Source: Pseudomonadota bacterium
GTDB lineage: Bacteria; Desulfobacterota; Desulfobacteria; Desulfobacterales; RPRI01
Direction of reading: 5' to 3'
DNA length: 64,000 nucleotides
NCBI GenBank assembly: GCA_043825875.1
Contig: JBDRRF010000024.1
Location: forward strand, 24,759 to 88,758
The notes under the pieces are model-generated. The model had not been told where the DNA came from. It searched no databases and saw nothing but the letters and a program-made list of their open reading frames with translations. A program made the position numbers and the translations under genes. Positions 39,044 to 48,364 of the stretch are shown one piece after another. How positions within the stretch are numbered: the stretch's first letter is position 1; each line of letters opens with the position of its first letter.

Positions 39044-40717
39044 ATGAAAATAGCTATAGCACAAATTAATCCTGTAATAGGTGATTTTGAATATAATTGT
39101 AACCTTATAAAAAGCTTTGCTGATAAAGCCATAAAACATGACTGTGATCTTGTGGTTTTTCCTGAGCTTGCTATTACAGGATACCCCCCCCGCGATCTTC
39201 TTGAAAAAAAGGATTTTATTGACGCAAACCTTTCATATCTTTCCCGGCTTGCAGATGAAATTCGGGGGATAGGCGTAATCTGCGGGTTTGTGGATAGAAA
39301 TACCAGTAATGAAGGAAATCATCTGTATAATTGTGCGGTTCTTTTTGAAAACGGAAAAATACTTCATAAAGTTAATAAAAGACTGCTTCCTGCATATGAC
39401 GTGTTTGATGAAAACAGATATTTTGAAGCTGGATCGGAATTTACTCCTTATATCTATAAAAATAAAAAAATCGGTATAGCTATATGTGAAGATACATGGA
39501 ATGACAATAACAGCCCGGACAACATACATTACCATTTGAATCCGGTTAGCCTGTTGATAAAAGAGGGCGCAGATCTGCTGATAAATATCTCAGCATCCCC
39601 GTTTCATATGGGAAAACAGCAATTCAGATTCAACATGTTTGGCTCTATTGCGCGCAAATATAAAGTGCCGTTTATTTTTGCAAATCAGGTAGGAGGAAAT
39701 GACAGCGTTCTTTTTGATGGAACAAGCGCTGTTTTTGATAAAAATGGTGAAATAATAGCTCTTGCACGCGATTTCAATGAAGATATGATTTTTTATGATA
39801 CAAAAGATCAATCCGGCATAAATTTGAAAGAAAACATACATACTGTATCCAAAAGTGATACGGAGTCAGTTTTAAGGGCACTTATAATGGGAACGTATGA
39901 TTATGTTAATAAATGCGGTTTTTCCAAAGTAGTACTTGGTTTAAGCGGCGGGATTGATTCGGCGCTTACTGCATTTGTTGCGGCGCGAGCCGTAGGCCCT
40001 GAAAATGTGCTTACAGTGTTTATGCCCTCAGCATATACATCAAAAGATAATTATGAAGATACCGAAAAACTTGCGGCAAATATTGGAACAAAATATGATA
40101 TAATTTCTATCGATGGTATTTTTGCTCAATTTTTAAAAGTTGTTTCTCCTTCGTTTAAAGAAAATGAGCCTGAAGTAACGGAGCAAAATATACAGGCCAG
40201 AATAAGGGGAACCATATTGATGGCGTTGTCAAACAGAGAAAACCGTATACTTCTTTCAACCGGAAACAAGTCAGAGCTTGCAGTCGGTTATTGTACTTTA
40301 TACGGAGATATGAACGGTGGGCTTGCCGTAATTTCAGATATCCCCAAAACTCTTGTATATGAAATTGCGCATTTTATAAACCGTGATAAAGAAATCATTC
40401 CGGCAAATATAATAAAAAAAGCTCCTTCCGCCGAACTAAAACCTGATCAAACAGACCAGGATGATCTTCCGCCCTATGATCTTCTTGATGCCATTTTAAA
40501 GGGATATATTGAAGAGCTTAAAGGTGCAAAAGAGCTTATCGCGCAAGGTTTTGATCCTGAAATAGTAGAAGATGTAATTTTACGGGTTGATAGAAATGAA
40601 TATAAGCGGCACCAGGCAGCTCCCGGCCTGAAGGTTACATCAAAGGCATTTGGTTACGGCAGAAGATATCCGCTTGCACAAAGATATACGCAAAGCAGGC
40701 AGAGCCGGAAGGATTAA
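39044..40717 (+). CDS. nadE: Glutamine-dependent NAD+ synthetase
   Basis: Nitrilase domain (FPEL, ICED) plus GLSGGIDS, NIQARIR, TGNKSE, PSAEL. Confidence 0.96.
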   Translation: MKIAIAQINPVIGDFEYNCNLIKSFADKAIKHDCDLVVFPELAITGYPPRDLLEKKDFIDANLSYLSRLADEIRGIGVICGFVDRNTSNEGNHLYNCAVLFENGKILHKVNKRLLPAYDVFDENRYFEAGSEFTPYIYKNKKIGIAICEDTWNDNNSPDNIHYHLNPVSLLIKEGADLLINISASPFHMGKQQFRFNMFGSIARKYKVPFIFANQVGGNDSVLFDGTSAVFDKNGEIIALARDFNEDMIFYDTKDQSGINLKENIHTVSKSDTESVLRALIMGTYDYVNKCGFSKVVLGLSGGIDSALTAFVAARAVGPENVLTVFMPSAYTSKDNYEDTEKLAANIGTKYDIISIDGIFAQFLKVVSPSFKENEPEVTEQNIQARIRGTILMALSNRENRILLSTGNKSELAVGYCTLYGDMNGGLAVISDIPKTLVYEIAHFINRDKEIIPANIIKKAPSAELKPDQTDQDDLPPYDLLDAILKGYIEELKGAKELIAQGFDPEIVEDVILRVDRNEYKRHQAAPGLKVTSKAFGYGRRYPLAQRYTQSRQSRKD

Positions 40718-41496
40718 TTTTTCCTCTTATGTAGAGACGCAACATTTTGCGTCTCTACTCCCTTTTTATATGAATTTTTTCCATACCAGTCGATCTGTCT
40801 GCAAATACCTCTGATTATGCTAACTTCTCCGGCTCCCAGTTCAAGCCTTGTAAAAAAATGCCGTATTTTATTCATCCAGTAATCGGGATTTTCATGATTA
40901 ATATAATCGATTCTGACAAGAATATCTTTTACCTGCTCATACATTCCGTCAAGCTCATGCCTTGAGGCAAGCCTTGGAGAAAATTTTGTTTTTTCTTCTA
41001 TCCCTGCAAGAAAAAGCTCATAGCATACCAGCAAAACTGCCTGAGAAACATTAAGAGACGAAAAATCAGATGATGGAATATTGATTAGCTCATGGCAAAA
41101 GCGTATGTCTTCATTTATAAGCCCTCTGTCTTCGGAACCGAACAAAATTGCAATCCGGTTGTTTTGAGAAAGGTCTGCAAGCTTTTTAGCCATATTTGAA
41201 GGAGTAGAAATTACCGCCCGCTCTCCGCCAAGACGTGCTGTGGTTCCGACTACATAATTATATGTAGAAAGAGCTTCTTTAAGATTTTCAAATATTTTGA
41301 CACCGTCAATGACACCGGAAGCAAAATGTGTTGCAAGCTTTCGGATTTTATTAAGGTCATAATTTTCAGGTGAAACAACTACAAGACTTGTTATTCCCAT
41401 ATTAAGCATGGCCCTTGCAGCTGATCCTATATTTTCAGGAAACCTGGGCCGGACCATGACAATTGTAATGTTATCGGGATTGACTTTTTGCGCCAT
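40714..41496 (-). CDS. trmJ: TrmJ/LasT-family SPOUT RNA methyltransferase
   Basis: PENIGSAARAM, FGSEDRGL, SLNVSQAV. Confidence 0.88.
   Translation of the reverse strand: MAQKVNPDNITIVMVRPRFPENIGSAARAMLNMGITSLVVVSPENYDLNKIRKLATHFASGVIDGVKIFENLKEALSTYNYVVGTTARLGGERAVISTPSNMAKKLADLSQNNRIAILFGSEDRGLINEDIRFCHELINIPSSDFSSLNVSQAVLLVCYELFLAGIEEKTKFSPRLASRHELDGMYEQVKDILVRIDYINHENPDYWMNKIRHFFTRLELGAGEVSIIRGICRQIDWYGKNSYKKGVETQNVASLHKRKN
40731..40758. repeat. GTAG-type REP palindrome
   Basis: GTAGAGACGCAA-CATT-TTGCGTCTCTAC with perfect 12-bp arms. Confidence 0.8.
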
Positions 41497-41912
41497 CAGC
41501 CAGTTATTTCAAAGCTGTTAAAAAAATAACCTATTTCAAAAGATGCTGTTTCGGGTGAGTCTGAACCATGTACAATATTTTTTTCAATATCAGTCGCAAA
41601 ATCCGCACGTATTGTTCCCGGAGTTGCTTCCTTATAATTTGTTGCCCCCATTAATCCCCTGTATTTTGAAATTACATCCTCGCCTTCAAGCACCATCGCA
41701 ACAATCGGGCCGGTTGACATAAAATCGGTTAAACTTGCAAAAAAAGGACGCTCTTTATGAACAGCATAAAAGCCTTCAGCCACTTTTTTTGTCAAATGAA
41801 TCATTTTCATGGCTACAATTTTAATGCCATTTTTCTCCAAACGGTTAATTACTTCTCCGATCAGACCACGTGATACTCCATCCGGTTTTATAAGAGATAA
41901 GCTTCTTTCCAT
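41496..41912 (-). CDS. ndk: Nucleoside diphosphate kinase
   Basis: [18 protein letters not shown]. Confidence 0.97.
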   Translation of the reverse strand: MERSLSLIKPDGVSRGLIGEVINRLEKNGIKIVAMKMIHLTKKVAEGFYAVHKERPFFASLTDFMSTGPIVAMVLEGEDVISKYRGLMGATNYKEATPGTIRADFATDIEKNIVHGSDSPETASFEIGYFFNSFEITG

Positions 41913-42206
41913 AATTTATATAATCCTTTCAAATATTAAGGCTTTTAAGCCGGTCATTTATTGTTTGCGCAGACTTACCAGAAGTGGGTAATCAAGTCAA
42001 TAAAGGCTTATAGCGATTTTTAAAAGATTATTTCGATTCAAATTGCAATTGTTTGGTTATTAGTGCGTATGCGGTTTAACATGTTAAAAAAATTTTTATC
42101 GTAAAATTATTAGATACCTGATACATAATATGCTATGGTAAAAAAATTCAAAAATTTATACTATATCGGCTTATGCCTAACTATCTTGATTATTAAGGAA
42201 ATGTAA

Positions 42207-43835
42207 ATGGTATCTCGTATGCGGTTGCCTTTAAATTTTTGCCATGCATGGTATTATTCGTTTATCTTGTTTTTGATAATAATTCTCTTTTCCCCAGGTG
42301 TTTTCGCTGATGGCGATGCTTCTTTAGGTGCTGAGTCTGGCAAAAAAATCCATATTATTGCAGACAGCCTGGTTTCTGACAGTAATGCAAAGTACGCTGA
42401 ATTTATAGGAAAAGTTGAGGCAACTCAGGGTGAATTTGTTATAAAGTCGGACAAATTGAAAATATTTTACAAAGGTAAAGCAAAAGATAAAGCAGCATCA
42501 GGAACCGATGAAGCGATTGAAAAAATTGTTGCTACCGGAAATGTGAATATAAAATCCAAGGACATGACTGCTGTTACAAAAGAGGCGGAATATAATTCCG
42601 ATACTATGATCCTTACCTTAAGAGGTGAAGGCTCAAAGGTGGTTGAGCAGAAAAATTTTATAACCGGATCTAAAATAATCGTATATCGTAAGGAAGGTAA
42701 AACAAAGGTTGAAGGAGATAAAAACAAAAGGGTAACAGCTGTTTTCTATCCAAGAGAAAAAAATGAATTAACAAATCAAGAAAAGAAACCTAAGACCGAA
42801 ATATCGGAAAGCATTCCCGGGGCAGCAAAAGAAATTGAACCCAAAAAGCAGGAATTGTTCCCGGAAAAAACAGCTGACATGGAAAAAGAAAATCCTTTGT
42901 TAAAGGAAGCCGTTATTGAGCCAGAGCCGCTTAATCAGCAGAATGCCGGTTTATCCATACCTGTTGAGCCTGTTGCTGCAAATATTCCAGTGGTGGAAGA
43001 TAATGCAAAACCGGAAGAAGCTGCCGAAAAAACAACTCCCGGAAGGCTTAACAAGTTTATGGGTGTAACAATTTTTGAGGACAAAACCGTTTATGGTTCA
43101 ATGGGTTTTGAAAAAACTTTTTCTAAAGAGCTTGTCCAAAATATCAAAAAGAATTGTCCTGATTTACTTTTTTTAAAAACCGGCAATAAAAATTATCCTT
43201 CGACTTTTGTAGAACTTCCAAGACTGGCTTCAGGAAGTATCGCTCCATATAAGCTTTGTGAGGCAGGCAGACAATTGGGTTTAACTTCAATCCTGACAGG
43301 ATCGGTAATAGACATAATAGTAACTGATGATTTCCGCGGTATATGGTTCTGGAAAAAAACAGTTCCTGAAATAAGCATGACAGTTCGCATCGAGCTTTTT
43401 GACACCGAAACAGGAACAAAACTTTTCGATGAAAATTATACTTATAAAGCTGATTCCGACAAAGCCGGGAGTGAACTTGTAAAATCCGGGAAACTCGATG
43501 CTGTTTTTCTGAAAATGGCTTTGAAACACTATATGTCATTGTCTGTAAGCTCTATTTGCAACATCATGAATGAACAAAAGTGGAAGGGATTTATTTTATC
43601 GGTTTCTGACAATAAAGCAACCATATCATCCGGAAGGAATCTGGGCCTTGTTTCGGGCAAGATATTTGAAGTTTTTGGAAACAGCGTAATAAGCGGAGTG
43701 GAAAACCAGAAATTTGTAGTGCCTGGGCTAAAAATTGGAGAAGTCAAAATAACCAATGTTTTTGATAACAGCTCTGAGGCAGTTATAATATCAGGAAGTG
43801 CTTTAAAGGAAGGATATTCTATAAGGCCAAAATAA
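42207..43835 (+). CDS. LptA/OstA-like domain fused to FlgT/CsgG-like C-terminal domains
   Basis: Signal peptide; IHIIADSL...F.GKVEATQG...KIVATGNV...RVTAVF LptA pattern; Glu/Pro linker; GRNLGL..GKIFEV...KIGEVKIT tail. Confidence 0.7.
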   Translation: MVSRMRLPLNFCHAWYYSFILFLIIILFSPGVFADGDASLGAESGKKIHIIADSLVSDSNAKYAEFIGKVEATQGEFVIKSDKLKIFYKGKAKDKAASGTDEAIEKIVATGNVNIKSKDMTAVTKEAEYNSDTMILTLRGEGSKVVEQKNFITGSKIIVYRKEGKTKVEGDKNKRVTAVFYPREKNELTNQEKKPKTEISESIPGAAKEIEPKKQELFPEKTADMEKENPLLKEAVIEPEPLNQQNAGLSIPVEPVAANIPVVEDNAKPEEAAEKTTPGRLNKFMGVTIFEDKTVYGSMGFEKTFSKELVQNIKKNCPDLLFLKTGNKNYPSTFVELPRLASGSIAPYKLCEAGRQLGLTSILTGSVIDIIVTDDFRGIWFWKKTVPEISMTVRIELFDTETGTKLFDENYTYKADSDKAGSELVKSGKLDAVFLKMALKHYMSLSVSSICNIMNEQKWKGFILSVSDNKATISSGRNLGLVSGKIFEVFGNSVISGVENQKFVVPGLKIGEVKITNVFDNSSEAVIISGSALKEGYSIRPK

Positions 43836-43901
43836 GGATAAGTTGATAAGATAGTAAGTTAATAAGCTGATAAACCGGTAATTAGCGGAGTTAACAAAAC
43901 C

Positions 43902-45269
43902 TTATGTTTTCCAGGAAGCATAAACTTTTTCTCTTGATTTGGCAGCTGTTTTAAGTATTCCTACATTTACATCAACATAATCATAAACAACAGCTTTACT
44001 TTTGCCTGGCGCGGGTCTTAGCACCCTTCCAAGATATTGAAATACTCTTCCTGCAAACCTTATAGGAGTTACTATAAACAGAGTTGACAGGTATTTGCAA
44101 TCAAAGCCTTCCCCAACAAGCTGCCCCGTTGCTACAAGTACTTTTATTTCACCATTGTTAAGGCGATCAAGGATATCTTTCCTTTGAATGCTTGGTACAT
44201 CCCCGGTGAGCAAATCGGATGATATTTTATATCTGTATTTTAATATTGCCCGTAAGGTTTCACAGTGTTTTTTTCTGTCTGAAAGTACAAGACAGCATCC
44301 ATTCCCATTTTTTGATTCTTTTGCAATATCCGAAGCTATAAGATGGTTTCTTGTATCGTTTGTGGTTAATTCGGAGAGCATCTTGCTGTATTCATTAACA
44401 GGATCAAAAAACGGATTAAAATCCGTTTCTCTTACAATAACCTCAGCAGGAAGAAGGTCACCTTTTTCAACAAGTATTGTTTTATCAATTTCATGCCGAA
44501 CATCTCCAAGATACCAGAATATAAGTTTTGAAAGATTATCTCTGCGCCAGGGGGTTGCAGATAATCCAAGCATATATTTTGAATCAAAACCGGAGACCGC
44601 CTCGGTAAATGTTCTGCTGGGAGTCCTGTGGCATTCATCAACCACAAGGTATCCTGTTTTTAAAGAGACTTCTTCAACGCATTTATAAACGGACTGAACA
44701 AGCGCAACGGTTATCTTATCTCCTATTATCTTTTTCCCTGATCCGATTATTCCAATTTCTTCTTTGGCAATACCAAGAAAAGTTTCAATACGTTCGATCC
44801 ATTGATTTGCAAGCTCTTTTGAGTGTACTATTATCAATGCAGGTTGCATACGCTGCTTTATCATATAAAGCGCCATTACGGTTTTACCGCTTCCTGTAGG
44901 AGCATTCAATGTTCCAAAATCCTTGGGAAGCATTATATTTACTGCCTGATCCTGGAAGGGCTTTAATGAGCCGTTAAATTTGAAATCAACAAAAGGCAAC
45001 AAACGCCTTTTATCTGTAATTTCATGTTCAATTCCGTGGCGTTTACAAAGGAGTATAAGCTGGCGCATAAAACCTCTTGGAACCCAGAGACCCCCACCTT
45101 TTACTCTGTCATAAAACTTTAAAACCCTTGGAATCCCTCTGTTCCAGCGCCCCATTTTTTCATTATCCATCCACTTGGGATTAGACAATGTAAGCTTTTC
45201 CGTTACTAACTGATATATCTTGGGTGGAATATTGGAAAGTCTCAGATTGTTTGATATGACTATTTTCAA
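43902..45269 (-). CDS. SF2 helicase (XPB/Rad25-like)
   Basis: APTGSGKT, DECH, LSATP, QYLGRVLR. Confidence 0.9.
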   Translation of the reverse strand: MKIVISNNLRLSNIPPKIYQLVTEKLTLSNPKWMDNEKMGRWNRGIPRVLKFYDRVKGGGLWVPRGFMRQLILLCKRHGIEHEITDKRRLLPFVDFKFNGSLKPFQDQAVNIMLPKDFGTLNAPTGSGKTVMALYMIKQRMQPALIIVHSKELANQWIERIETFLGIAKEEIGIIGSGKKIIGDKITVALVQSVYKCVEEVSLKTGYLVVDECHRTPSRTFTEAVSGFDSKYMLGLSATPWRRDNLSKLIFWYLGDVRHEIDKTILVEKGDLLPAEVIVRETDFNPFFDPVNEYSKMLSELTTNDTRNHLIASDIAKESKNGNGCCLVLSDRKKHCETLRAILKYRYKISSDLLTGDVPSIQRKDILDRLNNGEIKVLVATGQLVGEGFDCKYLSTLFIVTPIRFAGRVFQYLGRVLRPAPGKSKAVVYDYVDVNVGILKTAAKSREKVYASWKT

Positions 45270-45952
45270 GTTATCACCTTATCATTGGTAGCGGAATATA
45301 AAATGCTGTCCTGCATTACTTCTTTAAAAGATAAAGCAAGTTTAGTTTCGGGTGCTTTTTTGATATATTTCTCAAGATCTGTTATTTCATCAATATCAGT
45401 TTTTACTGAAAGCAGTTTATATTTAATGCCGAAAGATTCAGCAATTTTAAGCGTTGCAGAAAAAACACTTTCGGTGCTCCATGCAATATCTTCAAACAAT
45501 TGCGGATAAAAACCGGACAATCCGATAAGATAGTATCCTCCATCCTTAGAAGGGCCCAAAACAAGCTTGCATGTTTTAAGAAGTTCAAATGTTTTTTGTA
45601 TATCAAAATGGGATATATCAGGGCAATCGGTTCCTATGATGCATATTCGTTCATAATTTTGTGCAAAACCTAGTTTGAAAACACTATGCATCTTATGCCC
45701 CAGGTTTCCTTCAGGCTGATCTTTTATAATCATACCTTTGGTTGTTTCATCAAAATATGCTTTACTGCTTTCAGAAGTTTTATAGATTATTGTGTCATAA
45801 TCTTTATCGGAAACAACATTATTAATTATATGGCGAAGCATAAGATCGTAAATGGAAGAAGAAGCATTCATGCCGATATCTCTTCCCAGTCTGGTCTTAA
45901 CCTGCCCGCAAACAGGCTCTTTTGCAAACAAAACCAGAAGCTCTTTTTTCAT
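45266..45952 (-). CDS. DUF2064/TIGR04282-type arsenosugar-cluster transferase
   Basis: FAKEP..GQVKTRL, IGTDCP, LGPSKDGGYYLIG, DID. Confidence 0.88.
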   Translation of the reverse strand: MKKELLVLFAKEPVCGQVKTRLGRDIGMNASSSIYDLMLRHIINNVVSDKDYDTIIYKTSESSKAYFDETTKGMIIKDQPEGNLGHKMHSVFKLGFAQNYERICIIGTDCPDISHFDIQKTFELLKTCKLVLGPSKDGGYYLIGLSGFYPQLFEDIAWSTESVFSATLKIAESFGIKYKLLSVKTDIDEITDLEKYIKKAPETKLALSFKEVMQDSILYSATNDKVIT

Positions 45953-46638
45953 CTTATATCCTTGTAGAACTTTGCAAGCCTGTGAGGTGATACTCCTACC
46001 CTGTAAAGCAAGGGAATAAAATGCATCAGTAAGGCAGCCGTAAAAACGCCATGCTTAAAACGCCTGTAGTATACATCAACACAAAGCCTGGAATAAAATA
46101 TTTTGCCTGCTTTAAAAACTCTTCTCGAAAATTCGTAATCTTCCAATATAGGAATTTCCGGAAAACCCGAAACGGATTCAAACACATTTTTTGTAACAAA
46201 GATTGCCTGATCGCCGTACATATACTTTGCGTATCGGGATCTAAGCCCGGTAATGTATGCAAAAAACCTGTCTATATTTTCCAGGGATTCTTTACTGCCG
46301 CACCTGATTCTGAATCCGCCTGCTATAAAGCCGGAATCAACTGCTTTTATAACTTCAGACTTCCATCCTTTTGGAAGAGATACGTCTGCATGCAAAAAGA
46401 GTAAAATATTACCATTTGCTTTGTCTGCACCGTAATTCATTTGTGCAGCCCGTCCTTTTGTGGCGGATTGCAGAAACCTTATGCTTTTAAATTCCGCTAT
46501 TATTTCTGCCGTACGGTCTTTACTGCCTCCATCTACTACAATTACTTCGCTGTCTTCGTCAAGAAAAGATAACAGCGACTCAAGCTGTCCATATATTATT
46601 TTTTCCTCGTTGAATACAGGAATTATAATAGAGATCAT
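45949..46638 (-). CDS. GT2 glycosyltransferase (TIGR04283-type)
   Basis: SIIIPVFNE, VDGGSKD, GRAAQMN, FLHAD, YGDQ, LED; start taken at the second Met. Confidence 0.9.
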   Translation of the reverse strand: MISIIIPVFNEEKIIYGQLESLLSFLDEDSEVIVVDGGSKDRTAEIIAEFKSIRFLQSATKGRAAQMNYGADKANGNILLFLHADVSLPKGWKSEVIKAVDSGFIAGGFRIRCGSKESLENIDRFFAYITGLRSRYAKYMYGDQAIFVTKNVFESVSGFPEIPILEDYEFSRRVFKAGKIFYSRLCVDVYYRRFKHGVFTAALLMHFIPLLYRVGVSPHRLAKFYKDIR

Positions 46639-46642
46639 AACA

Positions 46643-47629
46643 TTATTGTATCGCACCCTGGCATGAAGATCCGGCCCCGGCTGTACATCCGTAACAATGA
46701 TTATGCAAAACTATCGGCCTACGGCTAAGCTTTTCGATATCAAATCTGCTGATATGATCAGAATCTTGGGAACTGATAGGCATATTTAACATCTGATTGA
46801 AATCGCAATCAAACAGATTGCCGTTCCATGCAACAGATATCATTGTTCTGCACATCACATTTTCAACAGCCATTGGATTGAATGCCTGTAATAATTCATA
46901 CATATATTCATCATAGTTTCCGGAGGCCATAAGAAAATCAAGATACCTTCCTACAGGCATATTTGTTATACAAAACAAAGTATTAAAATCTATATTGTGC
47001 TTGTTATTCAAGCTATGCTTATAATTTTGCTCAAGACTTTTCTGGTTTGCCGGAAGATATGCGCCAAGTGGATTATGGACAAGATTAAGGATAAGGCCAC
47101 TTTCCGTTTTGCCATAACCTTTTTTATTCAGTATTTTTGCGGCCTGTACGAACTTTTCAAAAAAGCCTTTACCGCGCTGCCGATCGGCTCTGCTCTCATC
47201 ACAATCAGGAAGCGAAGCTACTATCTCTACATTATTTTGAGCATAAATATCAGCAAATTCGGAATAATCATGTTCGGCCAGTATGGCAAGATTTGATCTT
47301 GCTATAAGACGGCGTCCCAGTTTTGCAGCTTGTTTGATAAAATTTTTTATTCCCGGATTCATCTCAGGTGCACCACCGGTTATATCTATTACATTAATTC
47401 CACTGTTTGCCTTAATTGCTTCCAGGCACAAATCAAGAGTATCGGCAGACATACTTTCTTCTCTGTTATATCCTGCTTCAACATGACAATGCCTGCAAGA
47501 AAGATTACATCTTTTTCCGACATTTAACTGCAATACTTCTATTCCTGTAGCATATATCGGATCTGCCAGCTTTTCCGTAAAATTAACGGGGCATCTGTTC
47601 AGTGCAGCAAATTGATTTGAAACAGCCAT
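46643..47629 (-). CDS. arsS: ArsS-like radical SAM protein (Cys variant)
   Basis: LQLNVGKRCNLSCRHCH, DITGGAPE, MCR, DCDFNQML, HCYGCTAGAGSSC. Confidence 0.9.
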   Translation of the reverse strand: MAVSNQFAALNRCPVNFTEKLADPIYATGIEVLQLNVGKRCNLSCRHCHVEAGYNREESMSADTLDLCLEAIKANSGINVIDITGGAPEMNPGIKNFIKQAAKLGRRLIARSNLAILAEHDYSEFADIYAQNNVEIVASLPDCDESRADRQRGKGFFEKFVQAAKILNKKGYGKTESGLILNLVHNPLGAYLPANQKSLEQNYKHSLNNKHNIDFNTLFCITNMPVGRYLDFLMASGNYDEYMYELLQAFNPMAVENVMCRTMISVAWNGNLFDCDFNQMLNMPISSQDSDHISRFDIEKLSRRPIVLHNHCYGCTAGAGSSCQGAIQ

Positions 47630-47630
47630 T

Positions 47631-47966
47631 TTACATACTCTTTTTTCTGATTATTTTTCTCATCTGGGTTGAATGAACAAGCGTAATTCCTGCCATCATT
47701 GAAGCTCCGACATGAACAGCCTCCATCATCTCATCTTCACTTATTCCAAGCGAGAGGCATTTATTAGTATAAGCGTCTATACAGTAAGGACAGTTCTGAG
47801 TCATTGCCACAGTGAGTGCAATAAGAGTTTTTTCCCGTTCACTTAATTTGCCGGCTGAAGTTGAGGTACCGTAGTAATCAAAAAATTTAGTGCCCTGATC
47901 CGGTGCGTATTGGGTAATATCGGGAAAATCCGCCAGATCCTCTGGTTCATAATAATTTGATGCCAT
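47631..47966 (-). CDS. AhpD/CMD-like peroxidase-related protein of arsS clusters
   Basis: REKTLIAL...CPYCIDAY...EAVHV; AAGGA RBS before the ATG at 47966. Confidence 0.88.
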   Translation of the reverse strand: MASNYYEPEDLADFPDITQYAPDQGTKFFDYYGTSTSAGKLSEREKTLIALTVAMTQNCPYCIDAYTNKCLSLGISEDEMMEAVHVGASMMAGITLVHSTQMRKIIRKKSM

Positions 47967-48315
47967 ATTTATATTCCTTTCGGTTAATACTTGTTTTGCG
48001 GATAAGACCTGAAGCCGAAGCATACGATGTTGCCTTGACAACAACATTGCCGTTATCTGCAACAAGTGAATAGAGAGTTTGATTTTCAATCTTTTCGAAT
48101 AAAAGCGGTTCCCACCCGGTTGGAAGCTTTACTCCACTTTTTTCAGCAGAAAAATTTCCTATGATTAAAATGTATTTATCAGCAAGATCCTGGCAACGGA
48201 TATCTGCCGGTGAAAAAAGGAAAGATAAAAAGCACAGACATACCTTAACTGCGAGCTTTATATTTCTGGAAAATAAAAAAAAGCTTACCATACGCTTTCT
48301 CTCCAAAAAAAGCAT
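47947..48315 (-). pseudogene. Truncated DUF3047-like exported protein
   Basis: Signal-like segment, then LPTGWEPLLF..I...T.YSL...ASASGL; the frame ends inside the next gene's RBS/start. Confidence 0.55.
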
Positions 48316-48364
48316 TTCAGATTCAGCAATTTAGAGGGTTTTGAAAAATGGTGAGGCTGTCAAT

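Noticed and set aside
46643..46680. Selenocysteine in the ArsS C-terminal GSS(U/C) motif
   Set aside because: The codon is TGC (Cys) and the frame ends normally at TAA.
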